Shown in pieces: positions 1 to 15,000 of a stretch of 32,000 nucleotides of DNA. The position numbers and the translations under genes were made by a program. This DNA is from Nonlabens ponticola. GTDB lineage: Bacteria > Bacteroidota > Bacteroidia > Flavobacteriales > Flavobacteriaceae. Numbering within the stretch: the stretch's first letter is position 1; the number at the start of each line of letters is the position of its first letter. The stretch lies in contig NZ_CP034549.1 in assembly GCF_003966335.1 (NCBI RefSeq), forward strand, positions 1,170,001 through 1,202,000, written 5' to 3'. The notes under the pieces were generated by a model that saw only the letters and a list, made by a program, of their open reading frames with translations, searched no databases and was not told where the DNA came from.

Positions 1-1
1 T

Positions 2-3000
2 TTTGATAATGATGGTGTCGCAGACTCTGTTCCTAGCGGTGTCGACAATGATGGCGATGGTTTCGATGATAATTTTGATGCTACCACAGATCCAGCGGAC
101 GCCTACGATGATCCTAATGGTAATTTAGTTTCTAATGACCCTGCAAATGAACTGAACAATACAGATGGCGAGGATGAACCAGATTATCGTGATACAGATG
201 ATGACAATGATAATGTCTTAACTGATGTAGAGGTAACTGATAATGACAATCCAGAAGATTCTGATAACGATGGTATTCCAGATTATCTGGATGCAGATGA
301 TCGTGACGGTGATGGCATTCCAGACACTGTAGATATTGATGATGACAATGACGGGGTTTTAGACAGCGTAGAAAACGGTGGTAATGATCCATTTAATGAT
401 ACTGACAATGATGGTGTAGCAGATTTGTTTGACACAGACTTTGGTCCAGATTCAAATAATGATAGTATCGTTGATAGTTTTGATAGCGATCTTGATGGTA
501 TCATCGATCAATTTGATCAGGACTCAGATGACGATGGTATTCCAGACAATGTCGAGGCACAGACTACTTCAGGATACACCGCACCTACCGGTAATGACGA
601 TGACAATGATGGTCTTGACAACGCATATGAGGCAAATGGTATAACACCTGTCGATACTGATAGTGATACGATCCCAGACTATTTAGATGATGATTCTGAT
701 GATGATGGTATTTCTGATAATATAGAAGGATTTGATTTTGATAATGATGGCGTTGTTGATATCGCTTTCGCGGAAGCGGACAATGATAACGACGGTCTGG
801 ACGACAATTTTGATTCAACCACAGATCCAGCTGATGCTTATGATGATCCTAACGGAAACGTCGTCTCTAACGATCCAGCTAATGAGCTAAATAATACTGA
901 CGGTGCAGATGAACCAGATTATCGTGATGCTGATGATGATAATGATGGTGTTGATACGGATGACGAGGTAACAGATAATGACAACCCAGAAGATTCTGAT
1001 AACGACGGTATACCAGACTATCTAGATGCAGATGACAATGACGGTGATGGTATTCCGGATACTGTAGATGTAGATGATGATAATGATGGTATTGCAGATG
1101 TTGTTGAAAATGGCGGCAACGATCCTTTCGGAGATGACGACAGTGATGGTATCGCAAATTTCCTAGACGTTGATGGTACTAATGATTCTAATAATGATGG
1201 AATTGTTGATGACTTTGATCAAGACTTAGATGGTATCGTCAATCAGTTTGATCTAGACGCAGATGGTGATGGATTGACAGATGTATTTGAATCAGGCAAC
1301 GCTGCTCTTGACACAAACGATGATGGATTAATCGATAGTCAAGATGCTGGATTCACCGACTCTCCTGCAAATGGACAAGCCGATAACACAGAAGGTACAA
1401 CACCAATCGACAGTGATGGTGATGGCGTTGCCGATTATCTTGACATTGATTCAGATAACGATGGTATAATTGATAATCTTGAAATTCAGGATTCTGCAAA
1501 TACGACAAGGCCAACAGGACAAGATGATGATGGTGATGGAACTGACAATGCCTATGATGCTGATAATGGAGGAACTCCAATCTTAACACCAGAAAATACT
1601 GATAGTGATACACAACCAGATTATCTAGATATCGACTCCGATGACGACGGTATTATCGATAATATTGAATGGCAGACAACTTCTGGATATTTAGAACCTA
1701 CTGCCGATACTGATGGCAACGGTCTGGCAGATAATTATGAGACTAGAGCAGGTTCTAATACCCCAATTAGACTTCCTGTAAATACTGATGGGGCTGATAA
1801 TCCAGATTATCGAGACCTAGATTCAGACGATGACGGTCTTACAGATAATGACGAGGTTTACAACTTGCCTCCAGCAAATCTTGATTCAGATAATGATGGT
1901 CTAGATGACGCCTATGACAATGATGACGTGGGTGGACTTGATGGTCCTGATGCGGCTACAAACGGCAACATGAATGGTCCAGATGGTGGTAGCGTTCAAG
2001 ATTTCCCTAATGTTCAAAATCCTTTAACTGCAGAGGTTGATTTCAGAGACGAGACGGACCCTAATGTCCCAGTAGATACTGATGGTGATTTAGTCAATGA
2101 TAGCAATGACATTGATGATGATAATGATGGTATTCTTGACTCTATCGAGAGTTTAGGATTCGTGCCTACTAACGTTATGGGTGACGACTGTGGCTTGCCA
2201 GGTGCAAGTTTTACTAATCCTACCTACGTAGCTTCAAGTGCACCAGATGGCACAGTCGGTGCGATCTACAGATTTGAGGATGTAGCTACCTACCCAACCG
2301 TGGGAATGGTAGATGCTTTGATTGAAATTACCGAAATCACTGGTGGAGCGACCTTGGTAACCATTGATAATGAAACCACAGGTGATGTGAATGCATGGCA
2401 ACCAGAATTCACCGTACCTACACCTCAAGGAAATAATTCTAATATGTCATTCAGAGTGACATTTGTATTAGATAATACTAACACGAGGTTTAATGTTGGC
2501 AGATTTGGAGGTACTATTTATGACATAGATGGTGCTAATGCACGTGAGTCGGTCATTTTAAGTAGACCGGGATTGTATGCTGTTGATAATGAAACTTTGC
2601 TTACTGTAAATCAGGATCAGTCTTCAGGCGATGTGACTATTGTCGGACCCGATGATACCTATGTAGGAGTAGATTTATCGGCTAGGCTTGCTGTCTATTT
2701 CAACTACTATAATAGTTCAAGTTTTAACATCGAGTTCTCTGGACAATTACTCAGTACTACTTCCAACGTCTACTTAGGATCGGTTTTGTTCGATGTTTGT
2801 TCTATAAATGGACTTTTTGAAGGCAACACGGCTTCGGCTAATCCTACGCAGACTACTGGTACTAGTGAACCATCTGGTCCAGGTACATTCGCAGTTTATA
2901 CTGTTAATGATGGTATAGATAGTGACGGTGATGGTATTTCAGATGAATTAGATATTGATTCAGATAATGATGGAATTCCTGATAACCTAGAGGCCCAAAC

Positions 3001-6000
3001 CACAGAAGATTATGATGCGCCTGGCACAACAGACTCAGATGGTGATGGTCTATTAGATCCATATGAAGGAAGCGGTGATGAAGGTTTGACTCCAGTAGAT
3101 ACTGACGATGATGGAACTTCAGATTATCTAGACCTTAATAGTGACGATGACAACTTCTCTGATCAACAAGAATCAGGTAATGCACCTGCCGTTTCAGAGG
3201 CTGACTCAGATGGCGATGGTTTGCTAGACGACTATGACAACGTTGACAACACAGGAGTAGCGTTTGATAGTAACGATATTTATGACAATGGTAGTAGTGA
3301 TTTACCAAACACTCAAAATCCTACTACAGATGAAGTAGATTATCGTGAAGCGGCGGACAATGATAATGACGGTGTGCCGGACACAGAAGATCCAGATGAT
3401 GATAATGATGGAATATTAGATACTGTCGAGGCTGATGGTAATGATCCTTTTGCTGATTTGGACGGCAACGGAATACCTGATTTCCAAGATGTAGATGCCA
3501 CTAATGATAGCAACAATGATGGTATTGTTGATGCATTTGATACTGACCTGGATGGTAGAATCGACCAGTTTGATCAAGATGCAGATCACGATGGTATTCC
3601 AGACAATGTGGAAGCGCAGCCAAGCGATGCAGGTAGTTATGTAGAGCCCATAGGTGACTTAGATGGTGACGGTATCGATGATGCTTACGGTCCAGCAGGT
3701 ATCACACCAGAAAATACAGATGGGACAGACTTACCTGACTATAAGGATCTAGATAGCGATAATGATAATGTGCCTGACCGGATCGAAGGTGATGATCTTG
3801 ATAATGACGGTGTCGCTGACACGGCATTTATTGGAGATACTGATAATGATGGTTTGGACGATGCTTTCGATGGAAGTGTTGGTGACCTTGGTGATCCTAA
3901 TGGTAGTTTGGTTACCAATGATCCTGCCAATGAGCTCAACAACAGTGATGGTGCCGATGAACCAGATTATCGCGATACAGATGATGACAATGACAATGTT
4001 CTGACAATCAATGAAGATGTAGATAATGATGGTGATCCAACAAATGACGATACTGATAATGACGGTACACCGAACTATCTAGACATAGATGATGATGGCG
4101 ATGGTGTCGCTACAGCGGAAGAAGATTATGATGGTGATAATGACCCTACAAATCAGGATACAGATGGTGATACTATTCCAGATTATCTAGATGAAGATGA
4201 TGATGGTGATGGTGTGAATACCATATTTGAAAACCCTAATCCTGACAATGATCTTGACCCAGATACTGGTGATACACAAGATTCTGATAATGACACAATA
4301 CCAGACTACTTGGATATTGATGATGATGAGGATGGTATCAATACGATTGATGAGAATCCAGACCCTAATGGTGATGGCAATCCAGACGATGCAATAGATA
4401 GCGATGGTGATGGTACGCCTGACTATTTAGATGCAGATGACCTTGATGGTGATGGTATTCCAGATACCGTAGATCTTGATGATGATAATGATGGTATCCT
4501 AGATTCTGTTGAGAACGGTGGCAATGATCCATTTGCAGATACGGACAATGACGGTATTCCTGACTTTATTGATGTGGATGGTGCAAATGACGCCAATAAT
4601 GATGGTATCGTGGACTCATTTGACACAGATGGAGATGGTATAATTGACCAATTTGATCAAGATGCAGATAATGACGGTATTCCAGATAATGTAGAAGCAC
4701 AAACTACAGATGGATATATAGCTCCTTTGCCAGGACCTAATAACGATGTAGATAACGACGGTGTAAATGATGCCTACGGTACTGCTGGATTAACTCCAGT
4801 TGATAGTGGTGGATCACCTCTGCCAGATTATCTCGATCTCGACAGTGATGGTGACAACGTTCCAGATCGCATTGAAGGTGATGACATTGATAATGATGGA
4901 GTTGCTGATACAACCTTACTGGGAGATTCTGATAATGACGGTCTCGACGACGCTTTTGATGGTAGTGTAGGAGACTTTGAAGATCCTAATGGTAGCATTG
5001 TCGATGATAATCCTAGAGTTGAGTTGAATAATACTGATGGCGAGGATGAACCAGATTATCGTGATACCGATGATGATAATGATAATGTTTTAACCATTGA
5101 CGAGGACGTTGACGGAGATAATGATCCTACAAATGACGATAGCGACAATGACGGTACACCAGACTATCTGGATACGGACGATGATGGTGATGGCATAGAT
5201 ACTGCCAACGAGGACTATGATGGCGACAACGATCCTACCAACCAGGACAGTGACGGCGATGGTATCGCGGACTACCTGGATACGGACGATGACGGCGACA
5301 ACATAGATACTGCCGATGAGAACCCAGATGTTGATGGTGACGGCGATGGCGCCGATGGCCAGGACAGTGATGGCGACACGATACCGGACTACCTAGACCA
5401 GGACGATGACGGTGATGGCATCGACACGATCTTCGAGGACTACGACGGTGACGATGATCCTACCAACCAGGACAGCGACAATGATGGTACACCAGACTAC
5501 CTGGATACCGATGACGACGAGGATGGCATCAACACGATCGATGAGAACCCAGACCCTAACGGTGATGGCAATCCAGACGATGCGGTGGACAGCGACAATG
5601 ACGGTACGCCAGACTATCTGGATACCGATGATGCCGATGGTGATGGTATCGTAGATACGGTAGACCTGGATGATGACAACGATGGTATCCTGGATACGGA
5701 TGAGGATCCTAACCTAGATGGTGATGACAATCCATTCACCAATCCATTGGACAGCGACAACGATGGTCTTCCAGACTTCTTGGACCAGGATGCAGACGGC
5801 GATGGTATCCCGGATAACGTTGAGGGACAGACCACCGATGGTTACATACCACCAAGTGGAAACGATACAGACGGCAATGGTCTGGATGATGCCTATGAGA
5901 ATACGCCAGGAAGTGGCGAGGGCATCTCAGTTGTAGACACGGATGAGGACGGTACACCTGACTATATAGATGAGGATAGTGACGATGATGGCGTGGATGA

Positions 6001-9000
6001 TCTATATGAGGCTACAGACCGTGATAATGACGGTATTGCAGATGTGCTTCCATCAGGAAACGATGCAGACGGCGACGGTCTTGACGACAACTTTGATGCG
6101 AGCAACGGCTTTGATACGCCTAACGGTAATCAGGTCACTACAGATCCAGACACCGACCTGAACAATACGGATGGTGATGAGGAGCCAAACTACCGTGATA
6201 CGGATGACGATGGCGACAATGTAGATACGATCGATGAGAACCCAGATCCAAACGGTGACGGTAATCCGGACGATGCGCAGGATAGCGACAATGACGGTAC
6301 ACCAGACTATCTGGATACGGACGATGATGGTGATGGCATAGATACTGCCAACGAGGACTATGATGGCGACAACGATCCTACCAACCAGGACAGTGACGGT
6401 GATGGTATCGCGGACTACCTGGATACGGATGATGACGGCGACAACATAGATACTGCCGATGAGAACCCAGATGTTGATGGTGACGGCGATGGCGCCGATG
6501 GCCAGGACAGTGATGGCGACACGATACCGGACTACCTAGACCAGGACGATGACGGTGATGGCATCGACACGATCTTCGAGGACTACGACGGTGACGATGA
6601 TCCTACCAACCAGGACAGCGACAATGATGGTACACCAGACTACCTGGATACCGATGACGACGAGGATGGCATCAACACGATCGATGAGAACCCAGACCCT
6701 AACGGTGATGGCAATCCAGACGATGCGGTGGACAGCGACAATGACGGTACGCCAGACTATCTGGATACCGATGATGCCGATGGTGATAGTATCGTAGATA
6801 CGGTAGACCTGGATGATGACAACGATGGTATCCTGGATACGGATGAGGATCCTAACCTAGATGGTGATGACAATCCATTCACCAATCCATTGGACAGCGA
6901 CAACGATGGTCTTCCAGACTTCTTGGACCAGGATGCAGACGGCGATGGTATCCCGGATAACGTTGAGGGACAGACCACCGATGGTTACATACCACCAAGT
7001 GGAAACGATACAGACGGCAATGGTCTGGATGATGCCTATGAGAATACGCCAGGAAGTGGCGAGGGCATCTCAGTTGTAGACACGGATGAGGACGGTACAC
7101 CTGACTATATAGATGAGGATAGTGACGATGATGGCGTGGATGATCTATATGAGGCTACAGACCGTGATAATGACGGTATTGCAGATGTGCTTCCATCAGG
7201 AAACGATGCAGACGGCGACGGTCTTGACGACAACTTTGATGCGAGCAACGGCTTTGATACGCCTAACGGTAATCAGGTCACTACAGATCCAGACACCGAC
7301 CTGAACAATACGGATGGTGATGAGGAGCCAAACTACCGTGATACGGATGACGATGGCGACAATGTAGATACGATCGATGAGAACCCAGATCCAAACGGTG
7401 ACGGTAATCCGGACGATGCGCAGGATAGCGACAATGACGGTACACCAGACTATCTGGATACGGACGATGATGGTGATGGCATAGATACTGCCAACGAGGA
7501 CTATGATGGCGACAACGATCCTACCAACCAGGACAGTGACGGTGATGGTATCGCGGACTACCTGGATACGGATGATGACGGCGACAACATAGATACTGCC
7601 GATGAGAACCCAGATGTTGATGGTGACGGCGATGGCGCCGATGGCCAGGACAGTGATGGCGACACGATACCGGACTACCTAGACCAGGACGATGACGGTG
7701 ATGGCATCGACACGATCTTCGAGGACTACGACGGTGACGATGATCCTACCAACCAGGACAGCGACAATGATGGTACACCAGACTACCTGGATACCGATGA
7801 CGACGAGGATGGCATCAACACGATCGATGAGAACCCAGACCCTAACGGTGATGGCAATCCAGACGATGCGGTGGACAGCGACAATGACGGTACGCCAGAC
7901 TATCTGGATACCGATGATGCCGATGGTGATAGTATCGTAGATACGGTAGACCTGGATGATGACAACGATGGTATCCTGGATACGGATGAGGATCCTAACC
8001 TAGATGGTGATGACAATCCATTCACCAATCCATTGGACAGCGACAACGATGGTCTTCCAGACTTCTTGGACCAGGATGCAGACGGCGATGGTATCCCGGA
8101 TAACGTTGAGGGACAGACCACCGATGGTTACATACCACCAAGTGGAAACGATACAGACGGCAATGGTCTGGATGATGCCTATGAGAATACGCCAGGAAGT
8201 GGCGAGGGCATCTCAGTTGTAGACACGGATGAGGACGGTACACCTGACTATATAGATGAGGATAGTGACGATGATGGCGTGGATGATCTATATGAGGCTA
8301 CAGACCGTGATAATGACGGTATTGCAGATGTGCTTCCATCAGGAAACGATGCAGACGGCGACGGTCTTGACGACAACTTTGATGCGAGCAACGGCTTTGA
8401 TACGCCTAACGGTAATCAGGTCACTACAGATCCAGACACCGACCTGAACAATACGGATGGTGATGAGGAGCCAAACTACCGTGATACGGATGACGATGGC
8501 GACAATGTAGATACGATCGATGAGAACCCAGATCCAAACGGTGACGGTAATCCGGACGATGCGCAGGATAGCGACAATGACGGTACACCAGACTATCTGG
8601 ATACGGACGATGATGGTGATGGCATAGATACTGCCAACGAGGACTATGATGGCGACAACGATCCTACCAACCAGGACAGTGACGGTGATGGTATCGCGGA
8701 CTACCTGGATACGGATGATGACGGCGACAACATAGATACTGCCGATGAGAACCCAGATGTTGATGGTGACGGCGATGGCGCCGACGGCCAGGACAGTGAT
8801 GGCGATACGATACCGGACTACCTAGACCAGGACGATGACGGTGATGGCATCGACACGATCTTCGAGGACTACGACGGTGACGATGATCCTACCAACCAGG
8901 ACAGCGACAATGATGGTACACCAGACTACCTGGATACCGATGACGACGAGGATGGCATCAACACGATCGATGAGAACCCAGACCCTAACGGTGATGGCAA

Positions 9001-12000
9001 TCCAGACGATGCGGTGGACAGCGACAATGACGGTACGCCAGACTATCTGGATACCGATGATGCCGATGGTGATAGTATCGTAGATACGGTAGACCTGGAT
9101 GATGACAACGATGGTATCCTGGATACGGATGAGGATCCTAACCTAGATGGTGATGACAATCCATTCACCAATCCATTGGACAGCGACAACGATGGTCTTC
9201 CAGACTTCTTGGACCAGGATGCAGACGGCGATGGTATCCCGGATAACGTTGAGGGACAGACCACCGATGGTTACATACCACCAAGTGGAAACGATACAGA
9301 CGGCAATGGTCTGGATGATGCCTATGAGAATACGCCAGGAAGTGGCGAGGGCATCTCAGTTGTAGACACGGATGAGGACGGTACACCTGACTATATAGAT
9401 GAGGATAGTGACGATGATGGCGTGGATGATCTATATGAGGCTACAGACCGTGATAATGACGGTATTGCAGATGTGCTTCCATCAGGAAACGATGCAGACG
9501 GCGACGGTCTTGACGACAACTTTGATGCGAGCAACGGCTTTGATACGCCTAACGGTAATCAGGTCACTACAGATCCAGACACCGACCTGAACAATACGGA
9601 TGGTGATGAGGAGCCAAACTACCGTGATACGGATGACGATGGCGACAATGTAGATACGATCGATGAGAACCCAGATCCAAACGGTGACGGTAATCCGGAC
9701 GATGCGCAGGATAGCGACAATGACGGTACACCAGACTATCTGGATACGGACGATGATGGTGATGGCATAGATACTGCCAACGAGGACTATGATGGCGACA
9801 ACGATCCTACCAACCAGGACAGTGACGGTGATGGTATCGCGGACTACCTGGATACGGATGATGACGGCGACAACATAGATACTGCCGATGAGAACCCAGA
9901 TGTTGATGGTGACGGCGATGGCGCCGACGGCCAGGACAGTGATGGCGATACGATACCGGACTACCTAGACCAGGACGATGACGGTGATGGCATCGACACG
10001 ATCTTCGAGGACTACGACGGTGACGATGATCCTACCAACCAGGACAGCGACAGTGACGGTACACCAGACTACCTGGATACCGATGACGACGAGGATGGAA
10101 TAAATACCATTGACGAGAACCCAGATCCCAACGGTGATGGTAATCCAGACGATGCGGTGGACAGCGATAACGACGGCACGCCAGACTATCTGGACGCTCT
10201 AGACAGAGATGGCGATGGCATACCAGACCTATTTGATATCGACGATGATAATGACGGTATACTTGATGTTGTAGAAGGAGATGTTGATACAGACGGTGAC
10301 GGAATTATTGATTCACTAGATCAGGACAGCGATGGTGATGGAATTCCAGATAACGTAGAAGGACAGTCTAGTTTTGATTACATCAATCCATCTGGTGTTG
10401 ATGATGACGGTAACGGTTTAGATGATGCTTATGAGAATACACCTGGCTCTGGTGAAGGCGTAACACCTCAAGACACAGATTCAGATACTGTTCCAGATTA
10501 TCTAGACACAGACAGTGATGACGATGGTGTATTTGACAGTACAGAAGGATTTGATTTTGACAGCGATGGACGTTCAGAGGTATTTCCTTCTGGTTCAGAC
10601 ATTGATCAGGATGGTCTTGACGATGCGTTTGACGGCAACAATATGGGTTATGAAGATCCTAATGGAGCTCAAGTAATTGATGATCCTCTTAATGATTTGG
10701 TTAACACTGATGGTGCTGATGATCTGGATTATAGAGATACAGATGATGATAACGATGGTATTCTCTCAGCAGATGAGGATAATGATCCTAATGGTGATGG
10801 TGACGGTGCAGATGCAAATGATGCAGACGGCGATGGCACGCCAGATTATCTAGATCCAGACGATAGCGATAATGATGATGACGGTATTCCAGATAACATT
10901 GATATCGATGATGATAATGATGGTATCCTTGATACGGTTGAAGGCACAGGAGACTTTGATGGTGATGGTGTTATCGACGCATTTGACCTGGACAGTGATA
11001 ACGATGGTATTGCAGACAATGTAGAAGGTCAATCAACAGATGGTTACATTGCTCCTTCTGGAAATGACGATGATGGCAATGGTCTAGATGACGCTTACGA
11101 GGTAATTCCTGGTTCTGGTGAAGGTGTTACACCTAATAATCAGGATGGTGATGGCAACCCAGACTATATTGATATCGACTCAGATAACGATAATGTCGAC
11201 GATTTCATTGAAGGTTTTGATTTTGATAATGATGGTATTCCTGATATCGCTTTCGCGGAAGCGGACACAGATAACAACGGGTTTGACGATGCATTTGATG
11301 GATTAACAGATGGATATGATGATGTGAACGGTCAAGTAGTGGACACAAATCCAGCAGAAGATCTATTGAATAGCGACGGTGAGGACGAGCTTGACTTTAG
11401 GGATACTGATGATGATAATGATGGTCTGTTGACCTTTGATGAAATTCCAGATCAAGATGGCGATCCAGATACCATAGATCCATTGGATTCTGATAATGAT
11501 GGCATTCCAGATTATCTAGATGCTTTAGATACCGATAATGATGGTGTTCCAGATGCAGATGATGTTGATGACGATAATGATGGTATCCTTGATGTAGTAG
11601 AAGGTAATGGTGATTTTGACGGCGATGGTGTAATTGACTCATTAGATCTTGATAGTGATAACGATGGTATTGCAGACAATGTAGAAGGACAATCAACAGA
11701 TGGATACATCGTTCCTTCAGGAAATGATGATGATGGCAATGGTCTTGATGATGCTTACGAGGTTACTCCAGGATCTGGTGAAGGCGTAACACCTAATAAC
11801 CAGGATGGTGATGCAAATCCAGATTATCTAGATATCGATTCTGATAATGATAATGTTGACGATTTCATAGAAGGCTTTGATTTTGATAATGACGGTATTC
11901 CTGATATCGCTTTCGCGGAAGCGGATGCAGATAACAACGGGTTTGACGATGCATTTGATGGATTAACAGATGGATATGATGACGTGAACGGTCAGATTGT

Positions 12001-15000
12001 CGATACCGATCCAGCAGAAGATTTATTGAACAGCGACGGTGAAGACGAGTTGGACTTTAGAGATACTGATGATGATAACGATGGACTATTGACATTTGAT
12101 GAGAATCCAGATCAAGATGGTGATCCAGATACTATTGATCCATTAGATTCCGATAACGACGGCATTCCAGATTATCTAGATGCAAGAGATACTGATAATG
12201 ATGGTATTCCAGATATAGTTGATATCGATGATGATAATGATGGTATTTTGGATTCAGTGGAAGATCCTAATGTTGATGGCGATAACAATCCAGATACTAA
12301 CGCTTTGGATTCTGACGGCGATGGCCTACCGGATTCTTTAGACTTAGATTCTGATAATGATGGTATTCCTGATAATGTTGAAGGACAAACTACTGATGAC
12401 TATGCGAGCCCATCTGGAAATGATGATGATGGCAATGGTCTAGACGACGCTTATGAGGAAAATCCAGGTGACGGCGATGGTGTTGATCCTAATGATCAGG
12501 ATGAAGATGGTATTCCAGATTATCTAGATGAAGATTCAGATGAGGATGGTACACTTGATAATGACGAGGCTTACGATGATGTGACTGAAGTTGGTGATAA
12601 CAACAATAACGGTCTTGACGATGCTTATGAAGATGATCTGGCAGGAGATCCTTATGATGATGTCAACGGCGCTCTAGATAACGGTGCTAGTGATACTAAT
12701 AATGATGATCTACCAGATACTGACGAGGTCGACTTTAGGGAAGCTATCGGTACGATCACAGGCTTCGTATTCAACGATGTTGATGGCGACGGCGTGTATG
12801 ACGCAGATGTGGACGAGCTGTTCCCAGCAGGAACCGAGGTTGTACTAACCAGAGGTGACGACGATGATGACGAGGACAACGACCTAACCTTCACGGTAAC
12901 GGTTGGTGAAGACGGAAACTGGAGTGCAGAAGTACCGGTAGGTGACTACACGGTAGACGTTGACGAGAGCACGCTTCCAGATGGTGGTGCAGGCTATGCA
13001 CTGACCACTGGTGACAGTGATCCACAAGATGTGACTGTAAACAACGGTGAGACTACAGAGACTACGCCTGATGGATATCAAGCAGTAGGAACGATCACCG
13101 GCTTCGTATTCAACGATGTTGATGGTGATGGCGTGTACGATGAAGATGTGGACGAGCTGTTCCCAGCAGGAACCGAAGTGATCCTAACCAGAGATGACGA
13201 CGATGATGACGACGACAACGACCTAACCTTCACGGTAACGGTTGATGAAGACGGAAACTGGAGTGCAGAAGTACCGGTAGGTGACTACACGGTAGACGTT
13301 GACGAGAGCACGCTTCCAGATGGTGGTGCAGGTTATGCACTGACTACTGGTGACAGTGATCCAGAAGAGGTGAGCGTTAACAACGGTGAGACTACAGAGA
13401 CTACGCCTGATGGATATCAAGCAGTAGGAACGATTACAGGCTTCGTATTCAACGATGTTGATGGTGATGGCGTGTACGATGAAGATGTGGACGAGCTGTT
13501 CCCAGCAGGAACCGAAGTGATCCTAACCAGAGATGACGACGATGATGATGACGACAACGACCTAACCTTCACGGTAACGGTTGATGAAGACGGAAACTGG
13601 AGCGCAGAAGTACCGGTAGGTGACTACACGGTAGACGTTGACGAGAGTACGCTTCCAGATGGTGGTGCAGGCTATGCACTGACCACTGGTGACAGTGATC
13701 CAGAAGATGTGACTGTAAACAACGGTGAGACCACCGAGACTACGCCTGATGGATATCAAGCAGTAGGAACGATTACAGGCTTCGTATTCAACGATGTTGA
13801 TGGTGATGGCGTGTACGATGAAGATGTGGACGAGCTGTTCCCAGCAGGAACCGAGGTGATTTTAACCAGAGGTGACGACGATGATGACGACGACAACGAC
13901 CTGACCTTTACGGTAACGGTTGATGAAGACGGAAACTGGAGCGCAGAAGTACCGGTAGGTGACTACACGGTAGACGTTGGCGAGAGTACGCTTCCAGATG
14001 GTGGTGCAGGTTATGCACTGACCACTGGTGACAGTGATCCAGAAGATGTGACTGTAAACAACGGTGAGACTACAGAGACTACGCCTGATGGATATCAAGC
14101 AGTAGGAACGATCACAGGCTTCGTATTCAATGATGTTGATGGTGATGGCGTATACGACGCAGATGTAGACGAGCTGTTCCCAGCAGGAACCGAGGTGATT
14201 TTAACCAGAGGTGACGACGATGATGACGATGACAACGACCTGACCTTCACGGTAACGGTTGGTGAAGACGGCAACTGGAGTGAAGAGGTACCAGTAGGTG
14301 ACTACACGGTAGACGTTGACGAGAGCACGCTTCCAGATGGTGGTGCAGGCTATGCACTGACCACTGGCGACAGTGATCCAGAAGAGGTGAGCGTTAACAA
14401 CGGTGAGACTACAGAGACTACGCCTGATGGATATCAAGCAGTAGGAACGGTAACAGGCTTCGTATTCAACGATGTTGATGGTGATGGCGTATACGACGCA
14501 GATGTAGACGAGCTATTCCCAGCAGGAACTGAAGTTGTACTGACCAGAGGTGACGACGATGATGACGAGGACAACGACCTAACCTTCACGGTAACGGTTG
14601 GTGAAGACGGAAACTGGAGTGCAGAAGTACCGGTAGGTGACTACACGGTAGACGTTGACGAGAGCACGCTTCCAGATGGTGGTGCAGGCTATGCACTGAC
14701 CACTGGTGACAGTGATCCAGAAGATGTGACTGTAAACAACGGTGAGACCACCGAGACTACGCCTGATGGATATCAAGCAGTAGGAACGATCACCGGCTTC
14801 GTATTCAACGATGTTGATGGTGATGGCGTGTACGATGAAGATGTGGACGAGCTGTTCCCAGCAGGAACCGAAGTGATCCTAACCAGAGATGACGACGATG
14901 ATGACGACGACAACGACCTAACCTTCACGGTAACGGTTGATGAAGACGGAAACTGGAGTGCAGAAGTACCGGTAGGTGACTACACGGTAGACGTTGACGA

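Noticed and set aside
425-427. ORF-track start of the giant gene
   Set aside because: It is a TTG in the middle of a repeat module. The same frame is open and encodes the same repeat type from nt 2, so the real start is upstream of the window.
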